Positions 1 to 12,949 of a stretch of DNA of 64,000 nucleotides are shown here, piece by piece; positions within the stretch are counted from its first letter, which is position 1; each line of letters starts with the position of its first letter. Below the pieces are notes generated by a model, which had not been told where the DNA came from, ran no database searches, and was given only the letters and a program-made list of their open reading frames with translations. Origin of the DNA: the human T2T-CHM13v2.0 reference genome, Homo sapiens; the NCBI RefSeq assembly GCF_009914755.1, contig NC_060925.1. One strand, 5' to 3'. Made by a program: the position numbers and the translations under genes.

Positions 1-86
1 GCAGCCTTGACCTCCAGGCTCAAGTGAACCTCCCGCCTCCATCTCCCGAGTAGCTGGGACCACAGACAGGAGCCACCACACCCGGC
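1..86 (-). mobile_element. Alu/FLAM fragment truncated by the window start
   Basis: Reverse-complement Alu motifs (gctcaagtga...cctcccgagtagctgggac...gagccaccacacccggc). Confidence 0.8.
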
Positions 87-255
87 TTCCACTTGGCCTT
101 TCTTTCTACAGCCTGGTTGTTAGTTCCTGGCCCCAAATGTGCCAGAGGCATTGGTGCTGGCCCATCTGCGGCCCTTGAGATGGCCCCAGGGTACAGTCTC
201 CCTGGCCACCCTCCCGGCCCTCCCCCGCCCCCTCACCTCCACCCTTGTGTTTCAG

Positions 256-496
256 AGCATCAGCAGGAGCTGGCACAGGACCCGGCTCCCCCTCGGCTGC
301 CCCTTTGGACCAGAACAAGAAAAGGAGCAGCAGCATAGCCTCCACCCTGGGGCTGAAAAAGCTCTTCTCAGCCCTGGGCCAGAGTTCCCGGCCCAAGCTG
401 GGCAAGTCCCGCAGCTACAGTGTGGAGCAGTTGCAGCCCGCCCCGCCTGGCCTGACGTCACAGTCCAGGGCCCCATCGTTACAATCCCTGCACCCG
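256..496 (+). CDS. KIAA1614: KIAA1614 internal coding exon ([41 protein letters not shown]...LQSLHP)
   Basis: Acceptor ttgtgtttcag| at 255, donor ccg|gtgagt at 497; open frame (ORF 245..559); phase 0 join to exon at 3625; peptide recognised from memory as KIAA1614. Confidence 0.88.
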
Positions 497-2230
497 GTGA
501 GTCCAGGGGCCCCAGCCCAGGGAGTGAAGCCAGTAGCGGTGCAACCACCATCAGAATGAAAAGTGAAAGGAGGGAGGAGGTGATGAGGATGCCTCCCAAG
601 GAGCCCACAGTAGGGAGACGGAAGCTGCTGGCATCCCCATGGTTGACCCATGAGACTTGGGTTCCCCTAGAACCAAGTCAGCAGCTCCTCACACTGCTGT
701 TCCCCGCCAGCCGCCCAGGCCTGGGGTCACTCTAGGCTACTCCCTCTTCCTCAGCTTTGCCACCTCAGCCAAGTCTCGGAGAGTTGACAGCCTGATGGTT
801 CTGGAAACTTCTCCATGGCCATAGTGACTCTGAGCCCAGGCACAGATCACTTCCCACGTGGATTCCCTCAGCAGTCCCTTGACTGGCCTCCCTGCCATGG
901 TCCTGCATGTGGCTTCCAGAGTGGTCCTTCTGATATGCAAATCCGACCACGCCACCCCCTCGCCGAACATCTGTCATTGGTCCCTTATCGCCTTCAAGAC
1001 AAAGTTCAGACCACTTGGCATGGCCAGAGAGTTTCTGGGATCTGTCTGCTTTCATCCCTCCTCATTCTTCTTTTAACACGCTTGACCCCGGTTGCAGCTG
1101 ACCCCCTTGCAGTTCTGTCGATCACACACAGTCTGACTTCGAACCTTCAGGGCTCTTTCTCCCACCTTCCCCACCTGCAAATGCCCACTCATCCATCTAC
1201 TGCAGGCACACGCCCCTCAGGGAGCCGCTCCCAATCCTGCCTCAGGCCGAACTGGGGCTCCACCCCCCTCCCCACCCCCCCAGCCCCGCTCCCATTTCTC
1301 CTATGCCTCCCTCCTTTGTGGAACTCATGTTTAGGCATCATGTTTAGTTGGGTTTTTGTCTCTCAGCCCTCACTGGAGTGTGAGTTATTTGAGGGAACAA
1401 CGCTTGATCTTTGTATTCCGGTACTTACTAGGGAAGCTAGTGCAGTACGCACAATACATACTGAGTGGTGAGTGGGTGGGACGCGCAGGGCAGCTCGCTC
1501 AGGCTCTCCCTCACGAAGCGCCCCACGCTCTGCAACCAGGAGCAGCACCCCTCGGACACCCCTTCTGTTCCAGGGAGTTCAGGTGGTCTGTTTCTCCTAA
1601 TTCCCTCCCCGCTCTCCTAGGCAGAGTGAAGCAGGTGAGAGCGGTTTGCGTCGCTGGCGCCTTTCATTTCCCAGGCTGCAGGCGAGAAGAGGATGCGGAC
1701 TGAATGAAGGTCCCATTGACTGTCTTCCACCAAAGACTGTCCAAGGCGTGTGGCCAGTGCTCAACAAATATTTGCTGGTTGAGTGAATGGAAGGCAGAGA
1801 AACCGCCGCAGATATTGAAGCTGGGGGGAATCGGCAGCGGTGACTTGTGCTCGGGAAGCTCACTGTTCTTATGAAGTTAGGTTTATCCAAAGCGTGTCTG
1901 AGCTGTGGCACCCAGATTTATTGTCATCAGGACTTCCATCTCTGTAAGCCCTCCAAGGCAAACACCACCCCCGTCGGTGTCATGGAGAGGTTCATAGGCA
2001 ATCTGAGCTGAATGGACAGAGATAGGAAGTCGACTGGGCAAGAAAGGGAGGCAGAGCAGGGAGGATGAGCAGCAGAGATACATTTTCAAGAACTGAAAAA
2101 AGACAGAAATTTTCAAGAAAATAAAAAAGAAGATAAAGGAAGAATCTGTCTCCCCTGCAGTATTTGTGACATTCCAATACTTGCTGTTGGTGTGTGGTGC
2201 TGCCAAGAGTGTGTTTGCTGGGAGGCTTAG

Positions 2231-2549
<319 letters not shown>

Positions 2550-2774
2550 TGTATATATGCCACATTTTCTTTATCCACTTGTTGGTTGATGGGCACTTAG
2601 CTTGGTTCCATATCTTTGCAATTGCAAATTGTGCTGTTATATACATGTGCACACCATGTACACAGCAGCACAATTTGCAATTGCAAATATATGGAACCAA
2701 ACTTTTCTTACAATGACTTCTTTCCTTTGGTAGATACCCAGTAGTGGGATTGTAGGATTGAATGGTAGTAGATC
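2550..2774 (-). mobile_element. L1 (L1PB-like) 3' fragment containing an internal inverted duplication
   Basis: cacattttctttatccac...gatgggcac...ggttccatatctttgcaattg...tagatacccagtagtgggattg is typical antisense L1 3' sequence. Confidence 0.8.
2602..2700. repeat. Near-perfect inverted repeat (35-bp arms, 1 mismatch)
   Basis: 2602-2636 ttggttccatatctttgcaattgcaaattgtgctg vs reverse complement of 2666-2700 ttggttccatatatttgcaattgcaaattgtgctg. Confidence 0.95.
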
Positions 2775-3082
2775 TTTTTTTTTTTTTTTTTTTTTTTTTT
2801 TTGAGACAGGGTCTCATTCTGTCACTCAGGTTGGAGTGCAATGGCATGATTTCAGCTCACTGCAACCTTCGCCTCCAGGTTCAAGTGAGTCTCCTGCTTC
2901 AGCCTCCTGAGTAGCTGGGATTACAGGCACCCGCCACCATGCCCGGCTAATTTTTGTAATTTTAGTAGAGACAGGGTTTCACCATGTTGGCCAGGCTGGT
3001 CTTGAACTCCTGACCTCAGGTGATCTGCCCGCCTCAGCCTCCTAAAGTGCTGGGATTACAGGCGTGAGCCACTGCACCCGGC
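2775..3082 (-). mobile_element. AluS element
   Basis: Long poly-T followed by a full reverse-complement Alu. Confidence 0.95.
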
Positions 3083-3624
3083 ACACACCATCTCTTTTTA
3101 ATGTGCACTGAAACCTTTTAACTTACCTGTGCTCAGCCCTGCCCCCATCATTTTGTGAACTCCTTGAATGATTTCTTGTCTTTTTATCCACGATGTTTGA
3201 AGGTGCAATATTCAATTTAAATTTTTGCACGAAAGCAATCATAAAAGACATACTAAAGAATCACAAAATATTTTGAATTTTAACTCTAAAGTGGTATTTA
3301 TTACTGTATAATAAACTTACTTTCATTTCTTCCTTAATGAGTACATTAGATTTCCTTAATCAATGAGGAAATTAGTATAGCACTAAAGTTGTTATTTCAG
3401 CTAAAAAGCAAAACAAAAACTCCCTTGACTCCTCAGATGGCCTATGTAGACCCATGATGTCCTTGAGTAAGTCATGGTGGTTCCTGTTGAATTCTTGGAA
3501 GCAATGATAAAAGCTTGTGCTGTCACTTTCTTACAGGGCCCTCAGGTTCATGGTGGGGCCAAGTCCTCTGTCAGCACCTCCCAGGTAGCTTTTCTCACCC
3601 GCAATATTGTCCCTTTCTCATCAG

Positions 3625-3752
3625 GTGTCACCCTCTCACCAGCGTCGGAAAGCTGCCTCTTTTCAGAACCTCCATTCTCTGCTGAGCAGCAAGGGGGACC
3701 GGTCCAGCCTCTACCTGGTAGCAGGGCCAGGGGACCACAGTGCAGCTGGCAG
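3625..3752 (+). CDS. KIAA1614: KIAA1614 coding exon ([43 protein letters not shown])
   Basis: Acceptor ccctttctcatcag| at 3624, donor cag|gtatga at 3753; 128 nt, phase 0 in and phase 2 out, consistent with both neighbours. Confidence 0.88.
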
Positions 3753-3977
3753 GTATGAGGGGCACACATGGTTTGGAGGATAAACTCAGAGAGTGACCAG
3801 CGGAGCCAAAAGCTTAACTCCTTCCTGCCTCAGCATCATGGCTCTGAGCAGGGTCCTTTGAAGGGAAAGCAACAGGACATGTGATGTGTGGAGACGAGGC
3901 TGCCACGGGAGTCTCAGCACCTCAGTGCCCTGCATGGACCCTCGGTGCATTGGGCTCTGAGAAGGCCTGGGGTTGCT

Positions 3978-5057
3978 GGAGGGGGTAGAGTTGGCCGGTT
4001 TGATTCCACTGTCCCTCTGCTGTGCAATGACATCTTGAAATCAGAAAGTTTAGAGAGTTTTCTTAGCCCAGCTAAAGATCTGAATAAACACATAGAGACA
4101 GAGGCCCCCAAAGAGGCCCGTGACCCATGACCTGCTTGGAAAATCCCACCCTGTCCGATGAGGCCCTGTAGGCTGGCTGCTCTTTCCTGGGGCGTGGATG
4201 TACTTCAGGTGTATGTTAGCTCCTGGAAATGTGACATAAAGTTATACCTTTTGTCAGATTCTTACAAAGGTCTCTGTACCCCCCAAAATTTGAAACCACT
4301 GCTTTGGGAGGGTGGGGTTTCTAGTTCCACAGCAGGCCTTGGGGGGCCTTGCACAGCGGCGGAAACCCACCAGTTTTGGCCCTAGCAGGCTCTTTTTGCT
4401 GGTTGAAGTCAGCAGAACCCCAGCCTCCAATGCCAGGCTCTTAAGTCTGTGAGGCATCGGTCATCTGTAAGCCAGGGAAGAGCTGTGCCCAGTGCCTGAT
4501 GCTTTTTGCCCTCACTGTGTCTCTGGTTCCCTCGCAGGCCGGCCAAGACTTCACCACGGCGTGCCCTCAGTGTGGAGGACGTGGGTGCTCCCAGCCTGGC
4601 TCGCACCGTGGGCCGCCTGGTGGAGGTGTTCCCAGACGGCACCAGCCAGCTGCAGCTGCAGCGCTCCCCAGGGGGCACTTTCGGCTTCTGCGTGGCCTCT
4701 GGGAATGGGCGCCCAGACTCAGGTATGCCCTCTCCTCTTCCTCAGCCCCATGGCTGGGGCGGCCTTAGCAAACAAGGCAGGGCCTTCTGGCTGTGGTCAG
4801 AGGCTTTTCTGGTCTTTGGCTGAGCCGTGCAGCTCTGGGAATTCAGAAAGCCTCTGACTACAGGACTAGGCTTCTCCCCTCAGGGGCTCTTTCTGAATTG
4901 TCCAGGGCTCTCTAGGAGTCTGCACCTGCAGAGCCTTTGCCCTAGGCAACTGCAGCTGAGAGTGCGTTGGTGGGGAGTGTGCGGGAGGGGGTAGAGTTGG
5001 CAGGTTTGACTCCACTGTCCCCCTGCTGTCTGATGACATCTTGAAATTAGAAGCTTA
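3978..5057 (+). repeat. Diverged ~75-bp direct repeat pair (3978-4053 and 4984-5057) flanking the 4538 exon
   Basis: GGAGGGGGTAGAGTTGGC(C/A)GGTTTGA(T/C)TCCACTGTCCC(T/C)CTGCTGT...ATGACATCTTGAAAT(C/T)AGAA in both copies. Confidence 0.9.
4538..4823 (+). CDS. KIAA1614: KIAA1614 exon; read-through form ends ...[36 protein letters not shown]; internal donor at 4722/4723
   Basis: Acceptor ggttccctcgcag| at 4537; ORF 4506..4823; internal tcag|gtatgc donor (phase 1). Confidence 0.88.
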
Positions 5058-5365
<308 letters not shown>

Positions 5366-6019
5366 TTAGAATTTTGAAGGCCATCTTTGCAGAGGAGAGC
5401 CAGAGGGAAACTGTCTGTGCCTGCTGGTTCTCAGCAGTCCCTTTGATGTGGCTGCGTTGAAACGGTTCCTTTCCTCCGGCTGTGGAGTATGTCTGGGCAC
5501 GTGGAGCATGCCTGTCTGTCTCTGCATCCCGTCCCTCCCTCAGGCCTGTGCCCGATGATTATGTTCAGATGAATCCTGGCTGCAGGCCTCTGACTGGGGT
5601 GTGCTCTGGGTCTCAATTCAACCCAGGCAATGGCAGGGAGAAGTCCTGGACATCATTCTGCACTCTGACCAGTTCTCAGTTCCACCCCATCCATGAGTCT
5701 TTCAGGGCAACGTGACTTGCAAAAGCCCACGCCCAAGGTCTGTGGTCCAGAATGCATCTCAAGGGCCCATAAAAGACATTCCCCAGAGGATCAGGGAAGG
5801 AAGACACGTATGTGAGGGTGGGGAAGGAGGGGAGGGGAAGGAAGGAGAGAGAAAGGGAGAGACAGATACAGAAAGACGAACACAGAAGCCTGCTGCGGCC
5901 GGGCTCTGCCGATGGGGGGTTGAGTCCTGTGCTTTGATCTCCTAGCTCAATGCTGTTTAGCCTGGAAAAAAGTCTGCCTGCTACCACATTTGCAGACCAC
6001 AGCATGAGTTCTCATGTCT

Positions 6020-6790
6020 GTTCCATCATTGTTTCAGCAAATATATACTAAGCACCTACTATGTGTTATAGATATGGGGGATACAGCAGTAAATGGAACA
6101 GACCAAATCCCTATCCTCATGAATATACTACCCAGTGAGCAGTTAGATTGTATCTATAAAATGTGTACTCTTGTTATGTATAATGTGCTACGTATGTCAG
6201 ATGGTGAAAAGAAAGTTCTGAGAAACATACAGATAAAGCAGGTGTGGCAGGTGCTGGTATAGACAGGAGTGTGGGGAGGCTTTTCTGAGAAGATGACACT
6301 TGAGCAGGGCCGTGGATGGGGCGAGGAAGGGGCCCCATGGGTGTCTGGGGAAGAGCATTCCGGCAGACTGAACAGCAAGTGCGGAGCCCTGGTGGAGGGG
6401 CGAGCCTGGCCTGTGAGAACTGTGAGGGTCAGGCTGGACACTGCAGAGCAGGCAACGGGTTGGGAGGAGCAGAGTTTGGAAAGATGGGGTTGTGCCACTG
6501 TAAGGGGCTTTGGCTTTCATGCCGAATGAGATGGGAGCCACTAGAGGGCTCGGAGCGAGCACTGAGACTCTCTAATGTCTATGAGAATAGACCCCAGTGG
6601 GACACGGGTGGAGCCAGGGAGCCCTGTGTTGAAGCTATTTCAGCAGTCCAGGACAGAGACAGTGGTGCCTGGACTGGGAACGGCTGTGGAGATGGGGAGA
6701 GGGGAGAGGGGAGAGGGGACAGGGGTTGGATTCTGGTTGATTTGACTATTTGCTGATGAGCTGGACATGTAAGAGGAAGAGAGGACAGGT
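6020..6790 (-). mobile_element. L2 fragment
   Basis: cattgtttcagcaaatatatactaagcacctactatgtg resembles the antisense L2 3' end; purine-rich body follows. Confidence 0.6.
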
Positions 6791-6949
6791 CTCTGCCTAC
6801 TCTGGACCTCAGGAGGATAAAAAGTCCTTCCTCACAGGCCTTCCCGTAGCCTCCTCTCCCGTTAGGGGAGCAGGACAGGCCCCCCGGACAGGTGGTGTGA
6901 AGGCAGAGGCAGACAACGCAGCATGTTTGTGCTCCGGCACCTCTGCTGG

Positions 6950-7080
6950 CTATGTGATCTAGAGCAGGCGACATCCCCACTGAGCCTCACTCAGTTCCCT
7001 AATCTGTGAAATGAGGATGACAAAACCTACCTAGAAGAGTCATAAGGAGCATTTGGTAAGGCACACAGGAAAGGGCCTAG
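6950..7080. mobile_element. MIR fragment
   Basis: tgagcctc...cagttccctaatctgtgaaatgaggatgac MIR core. Confidence 0.55.
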
Positions 7081-9580
7081 CATTTTTCTTCCCTCCCCTT
7101 CAGAAAGAGAAAGTCTGGAGAAGAGAACCCCAGACAGGGACCAGCGTGATCCGCATTCACCTGTCGATGTGAGTGCACACACAACAGGTCATTGTACTCT
7201 GCCGCCCACCCTCCCCCAGAGTCCCTTTTTGCTCCCTTGTAGGCAGTGGGAGCCCCTCCCTGTCACCCGTCAGGGAGCTCTGATGGGCAGGGGTCTCTAG
7301 TGACCCAGGGCCCCCGGCACCCTCGCCTGAGTTGGTGCCAGCTCCCCGTTGTGCCCAGGCACTCCCTGGTCCTGCTGCCGTCATGGGCGCTGGATGGCAC
7401 ACAGGGGTCCCCACGCACATGAAGCCTGGCGAGTGCTGGGGCCTCCGTGTCCCAGGCCATCCTCCAACAGCAGAGGGTCGCTTCTTCCAGGCTCCAAGGG
7501 GCTGTGAGGAGGGCTGGCTTGCGCCCCGCACTGAACCGGCAGGATGCTGGTATTAACTTGCTGGCTTTCACATCCGACTCTATATGAGCCTGTGAGAACA
7601 GCAGGCTTTGCCTTCTGCTTCTAATTGGATACAACATAGAGATCACACATCCTCAACAAAGGCCATTTCCAGCAGACAATAAATGCCTATGACAGCAGGC
7701 TGTCATATTTGTGTCACGAATTTCAGTTGCGAAACCTACCCGAGTCTCCCCAAAATGGCAGGCGTGACGTCAGTGTCTGGCCTAGCTCTGGCAGCATTCT
7801 TTCAGGGTTTATCATTAGTCCCCACCTGCAACTCCCACAGCACATCAGACACTTCTCTGGGTTTGCCCCAGGGGCCCCTTCTTACCTGCCCCCTCCCCGT
7901 GCCACCAACCCGTAGACAGGGAGGGCAAGCAGTGAAAGGTCCATCTAGAGGAGGTAAAAGACAGGGCTGAGGGAAAACGCCTTGTACAGTCAGGATGGCA
8001 GATGTACTCTGTCAGGGAAGACAGCCCCACAGAAAAGGCTCGGCTTGGCCAAGAAGCAACAAAAGGGATTCTACACCTCAGACCAGGGAGGGGGAATGTG
8101 TACAAAGATTGGATTTACTAAATTCAGAGCCACAGACTTTCAGGTACTTCGGTGAAGATCAGTGCTCTTTCAAACTCACACTTCAGAGGCAGGCTTTAAA
8201 ACGCCTGACTTCTGTCAGGGCCACAGGCTGGGCTGCCCAAAGCTCCTACGGGGCTGGGGGATCCGAGAGAGGACTTCCCACTAGTCCAAGATGTGGTGAC
8301 TAGTTTCAAGCCAGAGATTGAGGAGCAGACCTGATGCCCTTTCGGGCCCCTGCTAAGAACCTGATTCGAGGAAAAGGAAGTGAAGACAGTAACGCGTGGG
8401 CAGTGGCCTCATGTCTGAAATGCAGAGTGAGCCGAGCTGGGCTGGGAACAGCGAGGGTGCCAAAGGCTGCGCTGAGCAGCCTGAATTCCGCCAGTGCTGA
8501 TGCCCACACCAGGGGTGTGCCCCGCAGTCCCTCCAGCAAACTCAGCTTGTGTCTCAGCCCCTGTGTCCACCCAGCATGAAGCATGGGCATCAGGGGGTCC
8601 AGCCTGCCCTGGGAGAGCCAGCACCTCACTTACTCTCCCAGGTGGGAGCAGCTGGAGGGGAATTTGAAAGGTTTCCAGCCGCGGTTGAGGCCGGCGGGCG
8701 GGGGTTGGGGGCAGGGGGCCTCCTCAGCTGGACACTTCCCAGCCCAGCCAGCCCAAGCCCCACAGGGCCTGCCCCACTGACGGGGGGCTCCCTGAGAGCC
8801 GGAGCCTGGCAAAGAAGCAGAGAAGCTAGTTCCCGCAGGCTGGCTCTTGGCACCTTCTAGACCCAGGCAGGGCCTCTTTGGGGTGGGGAGGAGGGGGCAT
8901 GTGCAGAAGAGGAGAGGGAGCCACCGCAGCTTTGAAATATGTGGCTAGAATTTTTATTTTTCCTGGGGTTTTTTGCTCAGATGCTTCCCCATCCCAATTG
9001 AGGAGCCATATCTGAGTAAGACTGAGGCCAGTGTCAGTCTTTGGCAATAGAGTGCAGCAAACCAGGCTTGGATGTGGCTCAGCCACTTTTGCTCTTCCGA
9101 TGATACCTTCCCACCACCCCGGCCTTTACGCTGGGCCTGGGTGACCTGAGGCAGCAACTGGATCATAGTGCCAGGCACTGAGTAGGTATGGTTCCTAATT
9201 TTTAAAAACTATTTTCCTCCCAATTCTACAAGAAAAGCTCATCTCAGAAAAAGATCAGCTCACTCACTGTCAGGTATAAATAAATGACAACAGTTTAACG
9301 CGTTATTTGCACTAGGAGCATTTCCACTTTAAAAGCAGAGACAGTGGAATGGAGTTAGACCATGGAGGAGGCGCACTGTATCTATGTCTAAAGCCAGTTG
9401 TGGTTGTGAGATGGAATAATGAGGGGTGTGTGTATGTGTGCATGCGCACAGAGAAGTGCCTGGTATGAGCACCTCCTCCCTGTGCCACACAAACAGCACC
9501 TCATCAACATGGTCAGCATTCCAGAGATGCACTTCTTCGATTTGGGTGTCATTGTGAAATTCTCCTGTTTTCCTCTGCAG

Positions 9581-9774
9581 GGATCTACGTGCAGGAGATG
9601 GCTGACATGAGCATGGCCAAGCTGTACTCAGGGCTGCTGGGGGTGGGCGATGAGATCCTCGAGGTGAACGGGGCCAAGGTGGCAGGGCTGGGCTTGGCTC
9701 ACATTAAGGAGCTCCTGGCCCACTCAGAGAGCTTGTCAATCCGTGTCCTGAGGCAGAGACCTGTCCCACGGTGA
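9581..9774 (+). CDS. KIAA1614: Alternative terminal KIAA1614 exon encoding the C-terminal half of a PDZ domain (GIYVQEMADMSMAKLYSGLLGVGDEILEVNGAKVAGLGLAHIKELLAHSESLSIRVLRQRPVPR*)
   Basis: Strong acceptor ttctcctgttttcctctgcag| at 9580; phase 1 matches the 4722 donor; PDZ signature GD-x-I-L-E-V-N-G; stop TGA 9772-9774. Confidence 0.85.
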
Positions 9775-12226
9775 CCCAGAAGTGCCGCTGCCCTCACTGT
9801 CACGGCCTCGGAAGCCCTGAAGCACTCAGGGTGGTTGGCAGGAACGTGCTGCACAGAGCTGCTCTGTGGCGGAAACAGATCCTGGCAGCATCTAACCCCT
9901 TGGGCTGTGGCAGGGCTTCTGTGGTGGGCTGCCTTTGGGAGACGCAAGGAGCCTGTTTGCATATTTTGTTTAAGGCCATTTATCCAGAACTAGAAAAAGA
10001 AAAAAATGGGTCTCCTTCCATGTCTGAGGGGGTGTCAACATCTACTTGTACCTTTGTTGGCAGGGGGAGAAGGGAGATTCAGTGGATCCTTTGGTTGATG
10101 CCTGAGAGCCGGCCTCACCTCCTGGTCCCACGCCTGGTCAAAGGCTACAGCCTCCAACACTGTGGAACCAAAGAAAGCACATGTCCATATTGGCCTTGAC
10201 CCTTCCCTATTTCAGCCACGTTCCTCCCTACTCCATTCACTGCCCTTGCCCTTTATCCAGAAATGGGCAAAGTGTCCCGGAGTACTAGCCTTACAGCCAT
10301 TGACCATATATGCCAAACCAAAATCAGAACGTGTGGTCTGGCAGGAGTTTTATGCCCCTTCGGGGTGTGGGAATTCTGGGAGATGTTATCTGGTAGCCAG
10401 AATATTAAAAATTTCTAGGAAAATTTTTTTATACATAAAGTTGAAAACAACAACAACAACAACAAAGACCAATTTCAGGACGTGCTACTGTGGTAGCCAG
10501 GATCCAGCTAGTGGGACCGGCCAGACCAGCCCCATGCCACCCCGGCCGCTGCCTCTGCCCAGGTGGAGGCAAGAGTTGCTGCAACCTGACCTGTGGCAGC
10601 CTCCATCTTAGTTCTGTCCAGCTTGGAGACAGGGCTGCGGCAGGTGCCTGGCCATCACAGCTGCATGCTTTCTGCCCAGACCTCCTGGCGGTGCTGTCGG
10701 TGGGCAGGTGGGTGGGTGGGCAGCAGGGAAGCTGCAGAGCGCGGCTGGGCCATCTGCCTGGGCCTCAGTGCTGCCTGGAGGGCTGGGACTCTTTGGGAGT
10801 GGATGGCCATGTGTCAGTCTTAACTTACTAAAAAGCAAAGCTAAAGCTTCTCTCACTCTGAGTTGCTAAATTCTCGGCTGGACACTCACTTGACCCTCAC
10901 TAGCCATGGGCAGGACCAGGGAGTGGGGTGCTGGTGGTGGGCATGCCAGAGGAAAGGCTGGGGAGGCCACGGGTTAGGGTGACAGCCAGGGTAGATGCAG
11001 AAGCCTCCAGACCGTCCTTTGGCAAAAGAAAAGCCCTGGACAAGGTTTATGACCAGGAGAGAAGAAGCCAAGGGACTCTAGCTGGGCACAACTGAGGAGT
11101 GGAATAGGAAGTTCAGGGCTGTTTTAGAACTGGCCAGGGTGCCAGCTGTGGTTAAAAAAAAAAAAAATCCTGGAACCAAGAAACCCAACCCTCAGCAGAA
11201 TCGGGTTTAAAAGAGTGTCAGGGCAGCTTTCATTGGGCAAGAACACTGAAGCAGGCCTGTGGCCCAGGGACAAGGTCGTGGGGGTGGGGAGGCAGTCCTG
11301 TGCAGTGTTGGGAGTGTGTTCCCCCACCCAGGGCCTTTGCAGCAGGAGCCAGGTAGAACCCTGTCTTCATGATGCCCATGGGAGGAGAGGGAGGGGCTGA
11401 GCCCCATGGCTCACAGAATGGGGTAGGGGGGTGAAGGAGGAATTAGGGGGATCTGGCAGGTGAGCAGAGGGGCCAGAGGAACAAGTGCTTGGGGCTTCAG
11501 GCTGTGAAGAGGGCACTGGCACTCTTCAAAGTGTAGAAATGAGCCCACAGCAAGAAACTTCAAGTGTGGAGAAACCCTGGCTCCTCCTATACTGCAATTC
11601 TTGGCCTAAGGTCACAAAACTGGAGAAATTTCATGTTGAGAAAAGCTCCTGGGGGCCAAAGACAGCTCCACTTTTCTCTGAAAAGGACAACTTGCCTTCC
11701 CAGGTGGGAGGAGGTGGAAGGGGGTGGCTGGGGCTGGGAGGACGGGAAAAGGCCTCAGGCGTATCACCTCCCGGGCTGGTGACATACTTAGTCCTTAAAT
11801 AGTCCTGCCAGGTATGTCCTGCTCATTGTCTTCATTTTGCATAGATGGGGAACCAAGTTCAGCAGCAGTGACAGGGCATGCAATCCTGCCCCTCTGACTT
11901 GGGGCCCACTTTTCCCACTGCAGCTGCCTCCCCATGCCAGAAAAGGCTTGGTGCTAGGGGAGGGGCACGAGGCACGCGGGACACTGGAGGCTCCCAGGCC
12001 TCTGGACGGTGACCTAATTCCAAGGAGGCAAAGGCGCTGGCATCCCAGCTTCTCCCTGGGGCAGCCTGATGTGCAGGCCCTGCCTTGTGTGGAAATGGGA
12101 GGGGGCTTTGGCTCCTCCAGCCTCCTGTTTGACCTTCCCCAACTGCCTGCATCTGCCTGCCTGGGGAGCTGCTGACCTCGAAGGCCTAGGGCAGCCCTGC
12201 CTCACACACTGGAACATCAGAACCTT

Positions 12227-12529
<303 letters not shown>

Positions 12530-12949
12530 CATCAGAACCTTCTTACTGAGAGCTTATTAACCAGGAACCAGGCCTAGGCCAGGCAAGAGCCCCCGGACTT
12601 AAGAAAGACCCGCAGCCTCAAGGGGCCCCAGCCCAGGGGGAGGCACACACACATTACAGCGCCGGATGCAGGGTATGCTGCAAGAGGAGCTGCAGCCGGT
12701 GTAGCCTGTGGGTAGCCTGTGGACAGCCTGGGGCCGTGATTCGTGGTTGGCCGGGTAGTTGGCAAGGGCGCCAACCGGGCAGGTGAGCACAAGCAGGGCT
12801 TTGTAAAACGAGTAGGAAGCTACAGCAAGGGCCAAGTGGCTCAGGCACAGAAACGAAGCAGCCACATGCAAAGGTGTGGGTATTCCCGGTGTCTAACTTA
12901 TGTCCCTCCCGCAGTTCACAGAAGGCCCCTGACACTGGGACTACACGGA

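Noticed and set aside
139-1471. ORFs 139..735 and 815..1471
   Set aside because: The first is an alternative frame over the KIAA1614 exon; the second covers intronic, L2-like sequence. No recognisable homology or consistent splice phase
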